From: a virus | Lineage: Duplodnaviria; Caudoviricetes | DNA length: 64,000 nt | Strand: one strand, 5' to 3' | Virus record (IMG/VR): IMGVR_UViG_3300017754_002058 | Coordinates: 2,227-66,226 of that record | Shown: in pieces, positions 34,001 through 42,433 of the stretch | Position numbering within the stretch: the stretch's first letter is position 1 | Layout of the letters: every line of letters starts with the position of its first letter | Position numbers and translations under genes: made by a program | The notes under the pieces: model-generated | Database searches by the model: none | The model's input: only the letters and a program-made list of their open reading frames with translations | What the model was told of the DNA's origin: nothing

Positions 34001-37000
34001 GTTACTTCTATTTCACCATCCATTCCTGTTGCTATCTCATATCCTTCATCAATAAAGGCTTGTTTAATTTCTTCGCCTCTCTTAATTTGTTGGTTATCAT
34101 CCATTCCCTTTACCACCTCAACAATTTCTATTCTATTGTCCTTTAAGAATTGTTGTATGTCTGCCTTAGATACCGAGCCTTCTTGTTGTGCCAACCAATC
34201 AGTTAATCCAGTCCATTTAGCTTCTTCTCCTTTAGCGAATTTTTCAGCCCATTGTTTAGCGGGCATTTTATCTTGCTTAACACTATTAATTATTGCTTCT
34301 AATGGTGAATAAAATCCGTTTACTACATCAGGCGAAGTATTTTTTACTTGTACGTCTTTCCCGTTAATCTTCAACGAATAAGGCTTTTCGCTTCCCTTGC
34401 CAATGCCAACCCAATCACCAACGGTTTTAGCCGCCGTAAGCCCCGCTTTTTTCAACCCATTAAACACTTGTGAAATAACACTATGTACGGGTTCTACGTC
34501 AGCCTTATTTACCCCAAAGTTTTCAATTTGTTGCTTTGTTGTTGCATCTTCCCCTACACTTTCTTGCGGTTGCTCCATTTGCTCAACGCCTTGAGTAATT
34601 TCACTCAATGGCTCTGCTTTAGCACCTTCGGCTTCTTGTTTGTCTAACTCTGCATTTATTTCAGCCAAACGCTTTGCTCTAGCATTTTCTTTAACAGAGT
34701 CAACTTTGGCGGTTGATTCAACAACAGGAGCTTCAGTCTTATTTATTACAATTTCTTGCTTTTGCTCCATAGACATTTTGTCTATATCTTCTTGCTTATA
34801 GCCAAGTTTTAATAGCGGTTTGTCAAATGAATTTGGCTTCGTTTGAATTTCTAATTGTGGCAACTCAAAAGAAACGCTAGGCGACACCCCTTCGGGTACG
34901 ATTTCCTCTACCGCTCCCTCTTTTATACCCTCTTGGGTGCTTTCTACGATAGGGACTTTTTGGGCTTGTTCTAAAGCAGCTAGTTCTGCATCATATTTAG
35001 CATTTATTTTGTCATTAGATGTTTCACTATTTATCTTATCTGCTAAAATTTGAGAATAAGACTTACTCTTTCCGTTTTCAAAACCATCTTTTCCTAAACC
35101 TGTGCTTTTTATCTCGTCTTTAAAAAATTCTTTTGCTAATTTTTCACCAAGCTCTGCATCCTGCTTTGTGTCACCGTGCATCACAAATTGGTCATTTAGT
35201 ATTACTCCTTGATTAACTAAATCTTGAAAGGATTTAATACTTCCTTTATACCCATTCTCTTGTAAGTGCTTCATAAAGCTCACAAAATTTTCAGGGGTAA
35301 TTTTATTAAAATCCTTTAACGAAAAATAGCTCTTGTATGGTGCTTTGGAAGAATCAACTTGTGAGTTGTTTATGTCAAAAAATAACCAACTAGCACTGTT
35401 TGCCGTATAACTTAAAACTCTTACACCCTTTAGAATATATCTCTCGGCTTGAGATTTACTAGCTAGTAATTCAATACTATTAGTCCATTTATTCCATAAG
35501 TCTTTTGTCTTTTCAGATAGATTCTCCCTTAATGACTTTCTAAGTGCCATAGTTTCGTCCATTGTCGTAGGAGCTCTTAACTCTGGTGCGTTTCTTATCT
35601 CTTGGTCAGTAATTCTTAGCCCGTGCTTAATAGCATAGTCTACATACTCTTCTCTTGTTAGCTCTACTAAATTAATACCCTCATTTTTTGCTATCTCGGC
35701 TAATTTTCTAGAAGCCTCATTATTGTCTAACTTATTGTTTAAAAGGGCTTCTTTTCTCCTAGCTTCTATTATTTCAGCGCGATAATTATTAGTAATCTCA
35801 TCCTTATATTTACGACCAAAACTAAAATCTACATAATCTCCCTTGCCATCGTTATCATTTTTCACATTTTCATTAGTAAAAAAAGACATTTCGTTTTTAT
35901 ATCTTTCTTCAATCTTCTCTTTTTTAGCTTCAAATTCATTTTTTGATAAAGACTGGGTTGATTTGTTAGTTGCTTCGGTTACGGGCGGAATATTCTCTTG
36001 GGTAACCTCTGCGGTTTGGGCAGCATTTGATTTCTTGCCTCTAGCTAAAATTGGCAAATCAACTTCAACAGTCCCGTTTCTCCAATAAATGTTTGAACTA
36101 TCTAGTCCTAAAGACTCCATATACGGGGTTAGTGCTTGTCTTACTATGTCAAACTCTTGGTTATTTTTAACTTCAATAACATCAAAATCCCCCGCTTTTA
36201 CATCAATCCCTAACTCATTTACTATCGCGTCACCGTTAATAGCAACTCTATTTGTTTTTAATTTACCATTTTCATCATATTGCAAGTCGTACCCTCTACT
36301 TAATTGTTGTTCCCAAACTCTTAGTCCGTCAGTAGATATGCTAGTTTTTTCAGTATATTCGTGTCCTTCAGGAAGTCTTGCTTGAACTTCTGAAATCATT
36401 GTTTTGAAATTACCCTTATTCCTAGATTGATTTTCAAACTTTGAACTCCATTTGTTTGTTGGCTTTCCGTTTTCGTATAATCTATAAAACCCAACAAAAT
36501 CACGTCCCGAAACACCGCTTACTACAATGTCAACAACTCCCGTATTAGGATTTGAAAACTCAACGACATCAATTCCATCTACAATATTATGATTAGAAAC
36601 AACTGAATTTACACCACTACCTCCTAACTCATTAGAGAAAATACCAACATCTTCAAATAAAGAAGGATTAAGCATTTGAGAAGTAAAATCACGCTGCTCA
36701 ACAACATTTTCGTTGATTAACTCATTCCCCACGACATTAGTTACCTTTTCATCCGCCCCAGCTTCTGCCTCGTATGTCTCTCCTACTTTCTTACCGCTAA
36801 ATACCGCTTCTATATCACTATCAATCTTATCAATCTCCGCTTGGATGTTTGGGTCTTTTACCCCCGCTTCCTTTTGCGCTCTTTGTAATTGCTTCTTTCT
36901 AAACGATTCGGATATAACAAAATTCTTCTCCGTTTGGTTTAGTGCCGTGAAAGAAGGCAGTTGACGCATACCAGCACCGATTCCTTGTATCTCGGCTATT

Positions 37001-39441
37001 ACCGCTGCGTTTTCGGGAGCGATAGTTGAAACTTGTAACACATCTTCTTCCGTTGTTTCCGAAATAGCACCTATCAATGATTGTTGAGTAGGGCTTTTTT
37101 GGTCGGGGCGGCTTATAGCGGTCATTGCACCACCTACCATAGCGCCAGCAGTTATGGCATCAAACAAAGCATCCGCCTTGAATAAGTCTTTGTAAATCTC
37201 TTTTTCCTCTGCGTAGTTCAATATTGATTTAGTCACATCAACACCGATATTCTCCGCGCCTTCTTCCGCGCCTTCTTGAAGCATATGCTTTGAGTACGCC
37301 TTCAAACTTTGGGGCATCGCTTTTAACCCTTGCTTAATAGCGTCTTGAACCGAAGCCCCTTTCTTAATAGATTGTAAAATTGAAGCCCTAACTACGCCGT
37401 CTAAATACCTAAAATCAGGTACTGCTAACTCTATCGTTGCTGAAATACCGCTAATAGCCGAAGAGTATAAACGCGCTTCGGTGGGCGATAGTCCGTTACG
37501 CAATGCTTCTTGGTAATTATTACCTTCTTGAATTACAAAAGCAGTTCCCCACAAACTCATTAGTCGAGGTATTTTGGTAATAGCAAGAACTTCACCACCC
37601 GCCATAAATGACATAAGACTACCTATACCCGAACCAAATAGTTCCGCTTTCTTCACAAAGTAAGGAATTTCTACGTTTTCCCCGTATTCCAATTTCTCGT
37701 AGTTTTGCTCAAACTGTCTATTAACCGCATCGTCTAGCCAATCGGTAAATAGATAGTCAAGCATACCCGTTTGGTCAACAAAAGGTATTCCTAAATCTTT
37801 TTTAACTACACCTAAGACTATTTTAGGTAATTGCTTGATATTTAATCCTGCCGTCTCTAAGGCTTGTCCTGTCGCAATAATACCAGCCGCTACTGCTTCT
37901 TTAACCTCTCCCGATTCTTCGGTAAACTCTAATCCTCTAGCTGTTTGTTCTTCGCCTTTCTTAATTGCCTCATACAAACCTTTATATTCTTTTAATCCGT
38001 CGGTTAGAATGCCATTTATTTGACTATTAAATGTTGCGGCGTTATTGATAACATTTAGCTTGTCTTGTGACACTCCGTACTTTTCACCTAAAGCGTTATA
38101 TTGTTCAATAACTTGGTTTAGCTGATTGTCAATTACAAGCGCTTTCTTCTCTTCTTCTGTTTGCTTTAACTTACCGTTCTCAAACAAGTAAGAATAGTTC
38201 TTTTGAAGGTCGTTGGCTTGGGCTTCTAAAGCAGTTGCTCTTTGTTGCAACCCTTCTACATAACCTCTTTTACTCTCGTCTTTTAGCACCCCGTCTTCAC
38301 CTACGTAACTAGAAAATTCAGCACTAATATCCTCTATTTCTTTGTTTAAAGCACCCATTTGAGAGTTGTACTCTTGGTACTTATTGCCTAGACTATTTTT
38401 TGGTGAGCCGTCGGGGTTCACGTACTTATCCCTCTTCGCTTTAAGGCTTTTAATCTTTTCTTCATACATTGTGGCGTCTACACTATAAGCGTCGTAATCC
38501 ATTGAGTACATTGCTTTCTTCGCTTCTCTATTAGCGTAGTTTGCCTTAAGCTGGAGCGCTTCTTTCTCTAAGTCGTATAAGAACTTTTCTTCTTCAACGT
38601 TAGGTACGCCTAATTTTGTTTCTATCTCCGATATACGCGCTTTAATATCCGAAGACCTTTCGGGGTCTGCTTTATCTAAGTACGTCAAGTAATCGCCTAC
38701 AAGGTTCTTTTTAAGTCCTTGTAAGTATTGTTTAGCCGATTCATCGTTAAACTTAGTCGCGTTGTTGTATGCGGCTGAAATTTCAGTCATAGGGGTTTTA
38801 GACATAGCCCCAAAATTATCCGCAGCCCTGTCGTAAATATCTTGTTGTATTCTAGCTGGCTCTTTTTCGTAAAATTCGTTAGCCATCCCCTCTATTCTCT
38901 CAACAACCGTCGGATTCTTTTTTATTTCTTCCCATTCTTTTTGAGTCATTGCTTGTTCAAGAGTCGGGTCTTCCATAGACTTAGCCGCTTCTTTAAACGT
39001 TTGTTTAGGCACATCAATTCCTTTCATAGCTTCTTTAGACGAAACTACTTTAGGTGCTTTAGGCGTACCCTCTTTGAAATCCTCTAGACCTACATTTAAT
39101 TGCTTTTGTTGCGGAACTACACGTTGGCTTGTTGGCTCTTCTCTGTATAACCCAATTTTAAGAGGATTTCCACTCGGTGTTGAAGGTGTTACGGGCGGCG
39201 TTGATTGAGCGCTTGAACTTGCCCCACCATTGCCCGAAGGTGAAGCGGGTTGCTTTCCCAAGCCCAGTTGCGCGTCAAAGTCCGCCTCGTCTATAAACAA
39301 GCCTTTTGTAGACTTTTCAGAATTAAACAACTCAAATACCGCTTTTTTATCTTTTGCGATTTGCGCTCTAAAGTCTGCTTCATCAATAAATAAACCTGTG
39401 CTTTTTACTGCGCTATATGCGTCTTTTATTTTATCGGGCAT
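31024..39441 (-). CDS. Giant virion/ejection (polyvalent) protein A with GNAT-like, EVQSDW and zincin-like domains
   Basis: 2805 aa; RNKGNFKTM...SISTDGLRVWE (GNAT-like); FYSPLE...HLR...LEEVQSDW...AWTTGEQQ block; ALTHEIMH...VQEFIA. Confidence 0.7.
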   Translation of the reverse strand: MPDKIKDAYSAVKSTGLFIDEADFRAQIAKDKKAVFELFNSEKSTKGLFIDEADFDAQLGLGKQPASPSGNGGASSSAQSTPPVTPSTPSGNPLKIGLYREEPTSQRVVPQQKQLNVGLEDFKEGTPKAPKVVSSKEAMKGIDVPKQTFKEAAKSMEDPTLEQAMTQKEWEEIKKNPTVVERIEGMANEFYEKEPARIQQDIYDRAADNFGAMSKTPMTEISAAYNNATKFNDESAKQYLQGLKKNLVGDYLTYLDKADPERSSDIKARISEIETKLGVPNVEEEKFLYDLEKEALQLKANYANREAKKAMYSMDYDAYSVDATMYEEKIKSLKAKRDKYVNPDGSPKNSLGNKYQEYNSQMGALNKEIEDISAEFSSYVGEDGVLKDESKRGYVEGLQQRATALEAQANDLQKNYSYLFENGKLKQTEEEKKALVIDNQLNQVIEQYNALGEKYGVSQDKLNVINNAATFNSQINGILTDGLKEYKGLYEAIKKGEEQTARGLEFTEESGEVKEAVAAGIIATGQALETAGLNIKQLPKIVLGVVKKDLGIPFVDQTGMLDYLFTDWLDDAVNRQFEQNYEKLEYGENVEIPYFVKKAELFGSGIGSLMSFMAGGEVLAITKIPRLMSLWGTAFVIQEGNNYQEALRNGLSPTEARLYSSAISGISATIELAVPDFRYLDGVVRASILQSIKKGASVQDAIKQGLKAMPQSLKAYSKHMLQEGAEEGAENIGVDVTKSILNYAEEKEIYKDLFKADALFDAITAGAMVGGAMTAISRPDQKSPTQQSLIGAISETTEEDVLQVSTIAPENAAVIAEIQGIGAGMRQLPSFTALNQTEKNFVISESFRKKQLQRAQKEAGVKDPNIQAEIDKIDSDIEAVFSGKKVGETYEAEAGADEKVTNVVGNELINENVVEQRDFTSQMLNPSLFEDVGIFSNELGGSGVNSVVSNHNIVDGIDVVEFSNPNTGVVDIVVSGVSGRDFVGFYRLYENGKPTNKWSSKFENQSRNKGNFKTMISEVQARLPEGHEYTEKTSISTDGLRVWEQQLSRGYDLQYDENGKLKTNRVAINGDAIVNELGIDVKAGDFDVIEVKNNQEFDIVRQALTPYMESLGLDSSNIYWRNGTVEVDLPILARGKKSNAAQTAEVTQENIPPVTEATNKSTQSLSKNEFEAKKEKIEERYKNEMSFFTNENVKNDNDGKGDYVDFSFGRKYKDEITNNYRAEIIEARRKEALLNNKLDNNEASRKLAEIAKNEGINLVELTREEYVDYAIKHGLRITDQEIRNAPELRAPTTMDETMALRKSLRENLSEKTKDLWNKWTNSIELLASKSQAERYILKGVRVLSYTANSASWLFFDINNSQVDSSKAPYKSYFSLKDFNKITPENFVSFMKHLQENGYKGSIKSFQDLVNQGVILNDQFVMHGDTKQDAELGEKLAKEFFKDEIKSTGLGKDGFENGKSKSYSQILADKINSETSNDKINAKYDAELAALEQAQKVPIVESTQEGIKEGAVEEIVPEGVSPSVSFELPQLEIQTKPNSFDKPLLKLGYKQEDIDKMSMEQKQEIVINKTEAPVVESTAKVDSVKENARAKRLAEINAELDKQEAEGAKAEPLSEITQGVEQMEQPQESVGEDATTKQQIENFGVNKADVEPVHSVISQVFNGLKKAGLTAAKTVGDWVGIGKGSEKPYSLKINGKDVQVKNTSPDVVNGFYSPLEAIINSVKQDKMPAKQWAEKFAKGEEAKWTGLTDWLAQQEGSVSKADIQQFLKDNRIEIVEVVKGMDDNQQIKRGEEIKQAFIDEGYEIATGMDGEIEVTKDGEYVEDIESDLPKNLYNLALEYYDLKNSDGILPTNATKFSQYQLEGEKENYKEVLVTMPSKNLTKPKDARYKELIAEQNRLEKEYNKYDDLSYSRDEKIAKEATTKREEISLEMGGISQELDTYTPIKENTKFKSSHFEEPNILVHLRMNTRTDAQGKKVLFLEEVQSDWGQQGKKVGFAGNDIFTAKQKSDGSWDVFQKAEFKKNVFANNEKEAIKTAGYNPDFTGTPTAPFVMDTNAWTKLGLKVALKEAVAQGVDKIAWTTGEQQNERYDLRKQVDNINYLRNEDGTYQVYGKKDGNIVFKEKALAENQLESSFGKDVAEKIINDKGRVQEGLATKVLEGDNLAVGGKGMKGFYGSTTEGSLGIVGNVAKSLTKQEPKTTKIDIGKEYVRSWDNAKAQGFKIIKKSEYKNASSYTKDFVIVDKDGDAVTSSDTEQGVIEVFLKTSNSADVEQRKVVEQYSIDITPELKASVEGGQPLFKDAEAQYRIESGKNIVEAIRDFNGSPRATIALTHEIMHPTVVAIIDGAKEGNEVGLKHTQTIVDEFNKANPKNQVTVEQLIEGNDAFKDGTTSKKYRAVQEFIAKSWEKYHLEGKQGFSKAFQDVLDQITKAFQSVYKSLSGKQLTPELRKMFDEILGKETTQALETETKIESIVSEALSELNIVKEQTPAKKQKKESKTAARKRFREATLGFEPSDPDKAVETYIRQYFSGGGKVDTESLIRELGLRGRNRELRGKIGLHQKGKPSIERLSEIIHERLTEEQQEMIYQPDIRSIIIDILQSESKLDMRINLEEDYLAETEVDMMGMTPQQYQDYKRHERDAEAFYEEMQLEEAQKQEAYDELFSPEVIDALMDIDEMSIEEIETKYGDAIDADGNIDEVKLNELISNEQGTKNQEGTKENISKEGGRENQKPATEEVAILEVFDTIENAQRTKKTVKGKKEAMEEAVKEYGEVGEKAIFVESNFKDIIESLKEVKDAKGNNILKVKC

Positions 39442-39450
39442 TTCTTAATT

Positions 39451-40218
39451 TTATTTGGTTGGTACTTTACCGCCTTTTGCTATATATGCTTGTCTTTCCG
39501 AAAGACTCATTGCTCTGTAATCGTCCATACTTACACTTGGTACACTTGAACTTGCCGACTTAGGCACGTCCTTCTCGTACTTCTTAACTTCACTATCGAA
39601 GTCAATCCCAAAGTGAGTGTTCAAACGCGACTTGTTTGCGGGACTCAAAGGTATGGAAATAGGATTAGTATTTAAAGAAATAACTTCATAAGTTCCATCA
39701 CCTCTATCTACAAACTCTACGTCTTGACCCGAATAACTTGATATTTCATTCGCTTTAATGATAGCCTTAGACTGACCTTCTTTACCCTCGACTCTCCAAA
39801 ACTCACTACCGTCAGCACCTCTTGTTCTGTAATAACGAAATGGCACAAAAGCTATATCTCTATTGTCTTCGCTAATTACGTTAATACCCTTCACGTCACC
39901 CGTTTTAAAGTCGGTTACGTCTAGCCCTTTAAGTGGTCTAGTTGCCTTAACATTCTCCATCTCCTTCTTCAATCTCATTAACTCTTGGTTTTCCGCATCA
40001 GTTAAGAAATTGGTGTTAGTAGCCAAAGCGTTTTGATATTTCGCCTCTAGCTCTTTTACCCTTTGTGATTTACCCGAACTTGAAGTAGGGGTAAATCCTT
40101 CATCATAAATAGGTGACAAGCCAACCTTGCTTTTTTCATTACCACCTCCAAAGCTACTTGAACTATATCCTTGTATTTCTTCTCTACTCTTACCTTTTAA
40201 CATAACCTCGTTGGTCAT
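39451..40218 (-). CDS. Putative internal virion protein
   Basis: 255 aa; lies in the ejection-protein operon. Confidence 0.45.
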   Translation of the reverse strand: MTNEVMLKGKSREEIQGYSSSSFGGGNEKSKVGLSPIYDEGFTPTSSSGKSQRVKELEAKYQNALATNTNFLTDAENQELMRLKKEMENVKATRPLKGLDVTDFKTGDVKGINVISEDNRDIAFVPFRYYRTRGADGSEFWRVEGKEGQSKAIIKANEISSYSGQDVEFVDRGDGTYEVISLNTNPISIPLSPANKSRLNTHFGIDFDSEVKKYEKDVPKSASSSVPSVSMDDYRAMSLSERQAYIAKGGKVPTK

Positions 40219-40983
40219 CTACTCCAAGAACTCGTCGGAGTTTTTCCAAAATCCCGACTTTAATCCCCCCTCGTAAGTACGAGTCATATCATCCGCAGTA
40301 GTTGGGTCAAGCGTGAACTTCTTGAATTGCCCTTCTACATACTCTTTTACCTTATTTCGGTTTAACTTGGTTACCCCTTTCGTTACACCACCTCCTATCA
40401 TTACCTCTTTGAAATCTTCTGCGGGCATCAATTTAATAAGAGCATCTTGAATATCAAATGGCTTTTGAGGTAATGGGTTGTTATCTTTATATTCAATTCT
40501 TGCCGCTAAATTAGGCTGCGCTTTCAAACCCTCGTACCATTTCTTTACATCTTCGGGGTCATACTCTCCTTGACTATTAAACAAATCTTCTGCAAACTTG
40601 TATAAATCATCCCCTTCTTTCTTTGCTTTCGCTATTCGTTGCATATAAGGCATAATAGCCTTTTGGTACTCTATACTATCGGGGTCTATTCCACTTGCCG
40701 CTGCTTCCGCCGCTACATTAGAAATTTCTTCTACCGCCTTAGTTAAATCTTCTTGGTTAGCCCAGTTCAATTCATTTATATCGGGTAGCTTATAGTTATT
40801 CCATTTCGCCTTACGCTCTAACTGTTGTTTGGCTTTAGCAGTTTCTTTAGCCTCCATCTCCGTATTCATATTCTCTAGGAATTTGATAGGGTCGAAAGAG
40901 CTTTGGTCGAGAACTGCGGCGTAACCCGTATTGGCTTTTTGCGTTACCCCTAGTGGGGTTGCGTTTGGTATTCCTAGTTCCAT
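40219..40983 (-). CDS. Putative internal virion protein
   Basis: 254 aa, predicted helical; lies in the ejection-protein operon. Confidence 0.45.
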   Translation of the reverse strand: MELGIPNATPLGVTQKANTGYAAVLDQSSFDPIKFLENMNTEMEAKETAKAKQQLERKAKWNNYKLPDINELNWANQEDLTKAVEEISNVAAEAAASGIDPDSIEYQKAIMPYMQRIAKAKKEGDDLYKFAEDLFNSQGEYDPEDVKKWYEGLKAQPNLAARIEYKDNNPLPQKPFDIQDALIKLMPAEDFKEVMIGGGVTKGVTKLNRNKVKEYVEGQFKKFTLDPTTADDMTRTYEGGLKSGFWKNSDEFLE

Positions 40984-40984
40984 A

Positions 40985-41923
40985 TTATTGATTTAACATT
41001 TTAGCCATTAAAGCTAGTTGTTCGGGAGTCAATTTACTAAATAACGCTATTTGTTCGGGAGTCATATTTGTAGTTGCTTTAGGGTTAAGAACCGACTTGT
41101 TTACCGCCATTTCATTCCCGTAAGAATCATAAGTTTTTCCCGCTACCGAACCTAAAGCGGCGTTAATACCCTCTATCGTTGCGTTATCAAGAACCCCTTG
41201 CGCTCCACCTATGGTAGCCGCATTGGTTTTAGCTAGATTTTCACTAAACTCTTGCGAAGCCTTCGCGCCATTATTGGAATAATTTTGAGTCAATGCATCT
41301 GCGGGTAAGGAAGATTGACTACCTTGAAGCGCTTTTAACCACTCCGCATTATTCTCATTTGCGTTTTGCATCTTCATCCCCATCACTCCCGCACCAACTA
41401 CTCCCTTCATTCCCTCGTACTTGTTTCTCATTCCAGCTTCGCCTAATGCTTGTGCCGCCGCCGCCTTCTCTTGGAAGGGTTGGTTCACATTGTAATCCCA
41501 CGCCTTATCTTGGTATTCCGCGTACTTATTCAACTCTCCTAATACCGCATTTTGACGTAATTGGTAGTCTTGGGCAGCGTTCAAACCTAATTGATTCTCT
41601 TGTCCCATTTGGTTAGAGTAAACTCCCGATAAAGCCGCTAGTGCCTCTACTCCGCTTGACGAATTTTGGTTAATGTCGTACAAGGCGTTTGCACTCGCTT
41701 GGTCAAGTCGTTGCTCCACGTTTGCTTGTCCCGCCATATTCATTGACGAAGCTAAGTTCTTTGAGCGATTTAACGCTTGGGTTTTTGCTTCGGGAATATT
41801 GTATGTAGGGCGTTCTAAGTTCTTTAAAATTTCCTTAGAGCGTTGTGATTGCACGAGACCTGCAATTCCTTGCGTAATCGCGGGAATTGAACTTATCGCA
41901 GCAAGAGTAAGTGGGTCAAACAT
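40985..41923 (-). CDS. DNA-ejection/pilot-type internal virion protein
   Basis: MFDPLTLAAISSIPAITQGIAGL hydrophobic G/A N-terminus; Q/A/N-rich; the track's TTG start lies in the -7 box. Confidence 0.6.
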   Translation of the reverse strand: MFDPLTLAAISSIPAITQGIAGLVQSQRSKEILKNLERPTYNIPEAKTQALNRSKNLASSMNMAGQANVEQRLDQASANALYDINQNSSSGVEALAALSGVYSNQMGQENQLGLNAAQDYQLRQNAVLGELNKYAEYQDKAWDYNVNQPFQEKAAAAQALGEAGMRNKYEGMKGVVGAGVMGMKMQNANENNAEWLKALQGSQSSLPADALTQNYSNNGAKASQEFSENLAKTNAATIGGAQGVLDNATIEGINAALGSVAGKTYDSYGNEMAVNKSVLNPKATTNMTPEQIALFSKLTPEQLALMAKMLNQ

Positions 41924-42023
41924 AATGAGCAAATTTAAGATACAAATATAGTGAAATTATAGCACTAATAAGATAAACGCTATTTTTTGTAAACAATTTT
42001 GATTTGCTATTTAACTAGCCTAT

Positions 42024-42058
42024 AAAACAAAAAAACCACCTCAATCAAGAAGTGGTTT
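42024..42058 (-). terminator. Intrinsic terminator
   Basis: AAACCAC-N12-GTGGTTT followed by a U-rich tract, after the DUF1508 gene. Confidence 0.55.
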
Positions 42059-42077
42059 CGTTTCATCTTTCGTGAAA

Positions 42078-42371
42078 TTATTTCGTTTGTTTCACTATTT
42101 TGAATAGCTTGTAGATAGCTTCGGATTTGCCTTCATACCTTGCATCAATAGAATCTACGTAGGTTTCAAATATTGCTTTATCCGAAGTACAAGAATTAAA
42201 CATTTGCGACAAACCCGTTCTATACACTGCCAACAAATTAATTTTAACCGCTTTGGGGGTTTCCAAAACTTCGCTAGTCATTAACGGTTCACCATTGCCA
42301 CCTACGAGTTGTGTTCTAAATCCATTCTTAGCGTCTTTGATAAGAATGTAAGGGAATTTCTTTTTTGCCAT
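42078..42371 (-). CDS. YegP/DUF1508-like protein
   Basis: IKDAKNGFRTQLVGGNGEPLMTSE; -7 boxes TAGATTTG at 42390-42397 and 42405-42412. Confidence 0.65.
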   Translation of the reverse strand: MAKKKFPYILIKDAKNGFRTQLVGGNGEPLMTSEVLETPKAVKINLLAVYRTGLSQMFNSCTSDKAIFETYVDSIDARYEGKSEAIYKLFKIVKQTK

Positions 42372-42433
42372 TTTTGTAATTATTTTAAGCAAATCTACAA
42401 CAAACAAATCTAGTAAAGGTCAAAACGTGTTAA

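Noticed and set aside
36180-36205. AGDFDVI in giant protein A as the crAss virion RNAP catalytic motif
   Set aside because: The third Asp of DFDID is absent, and the context directly follows a GNAT-like domain
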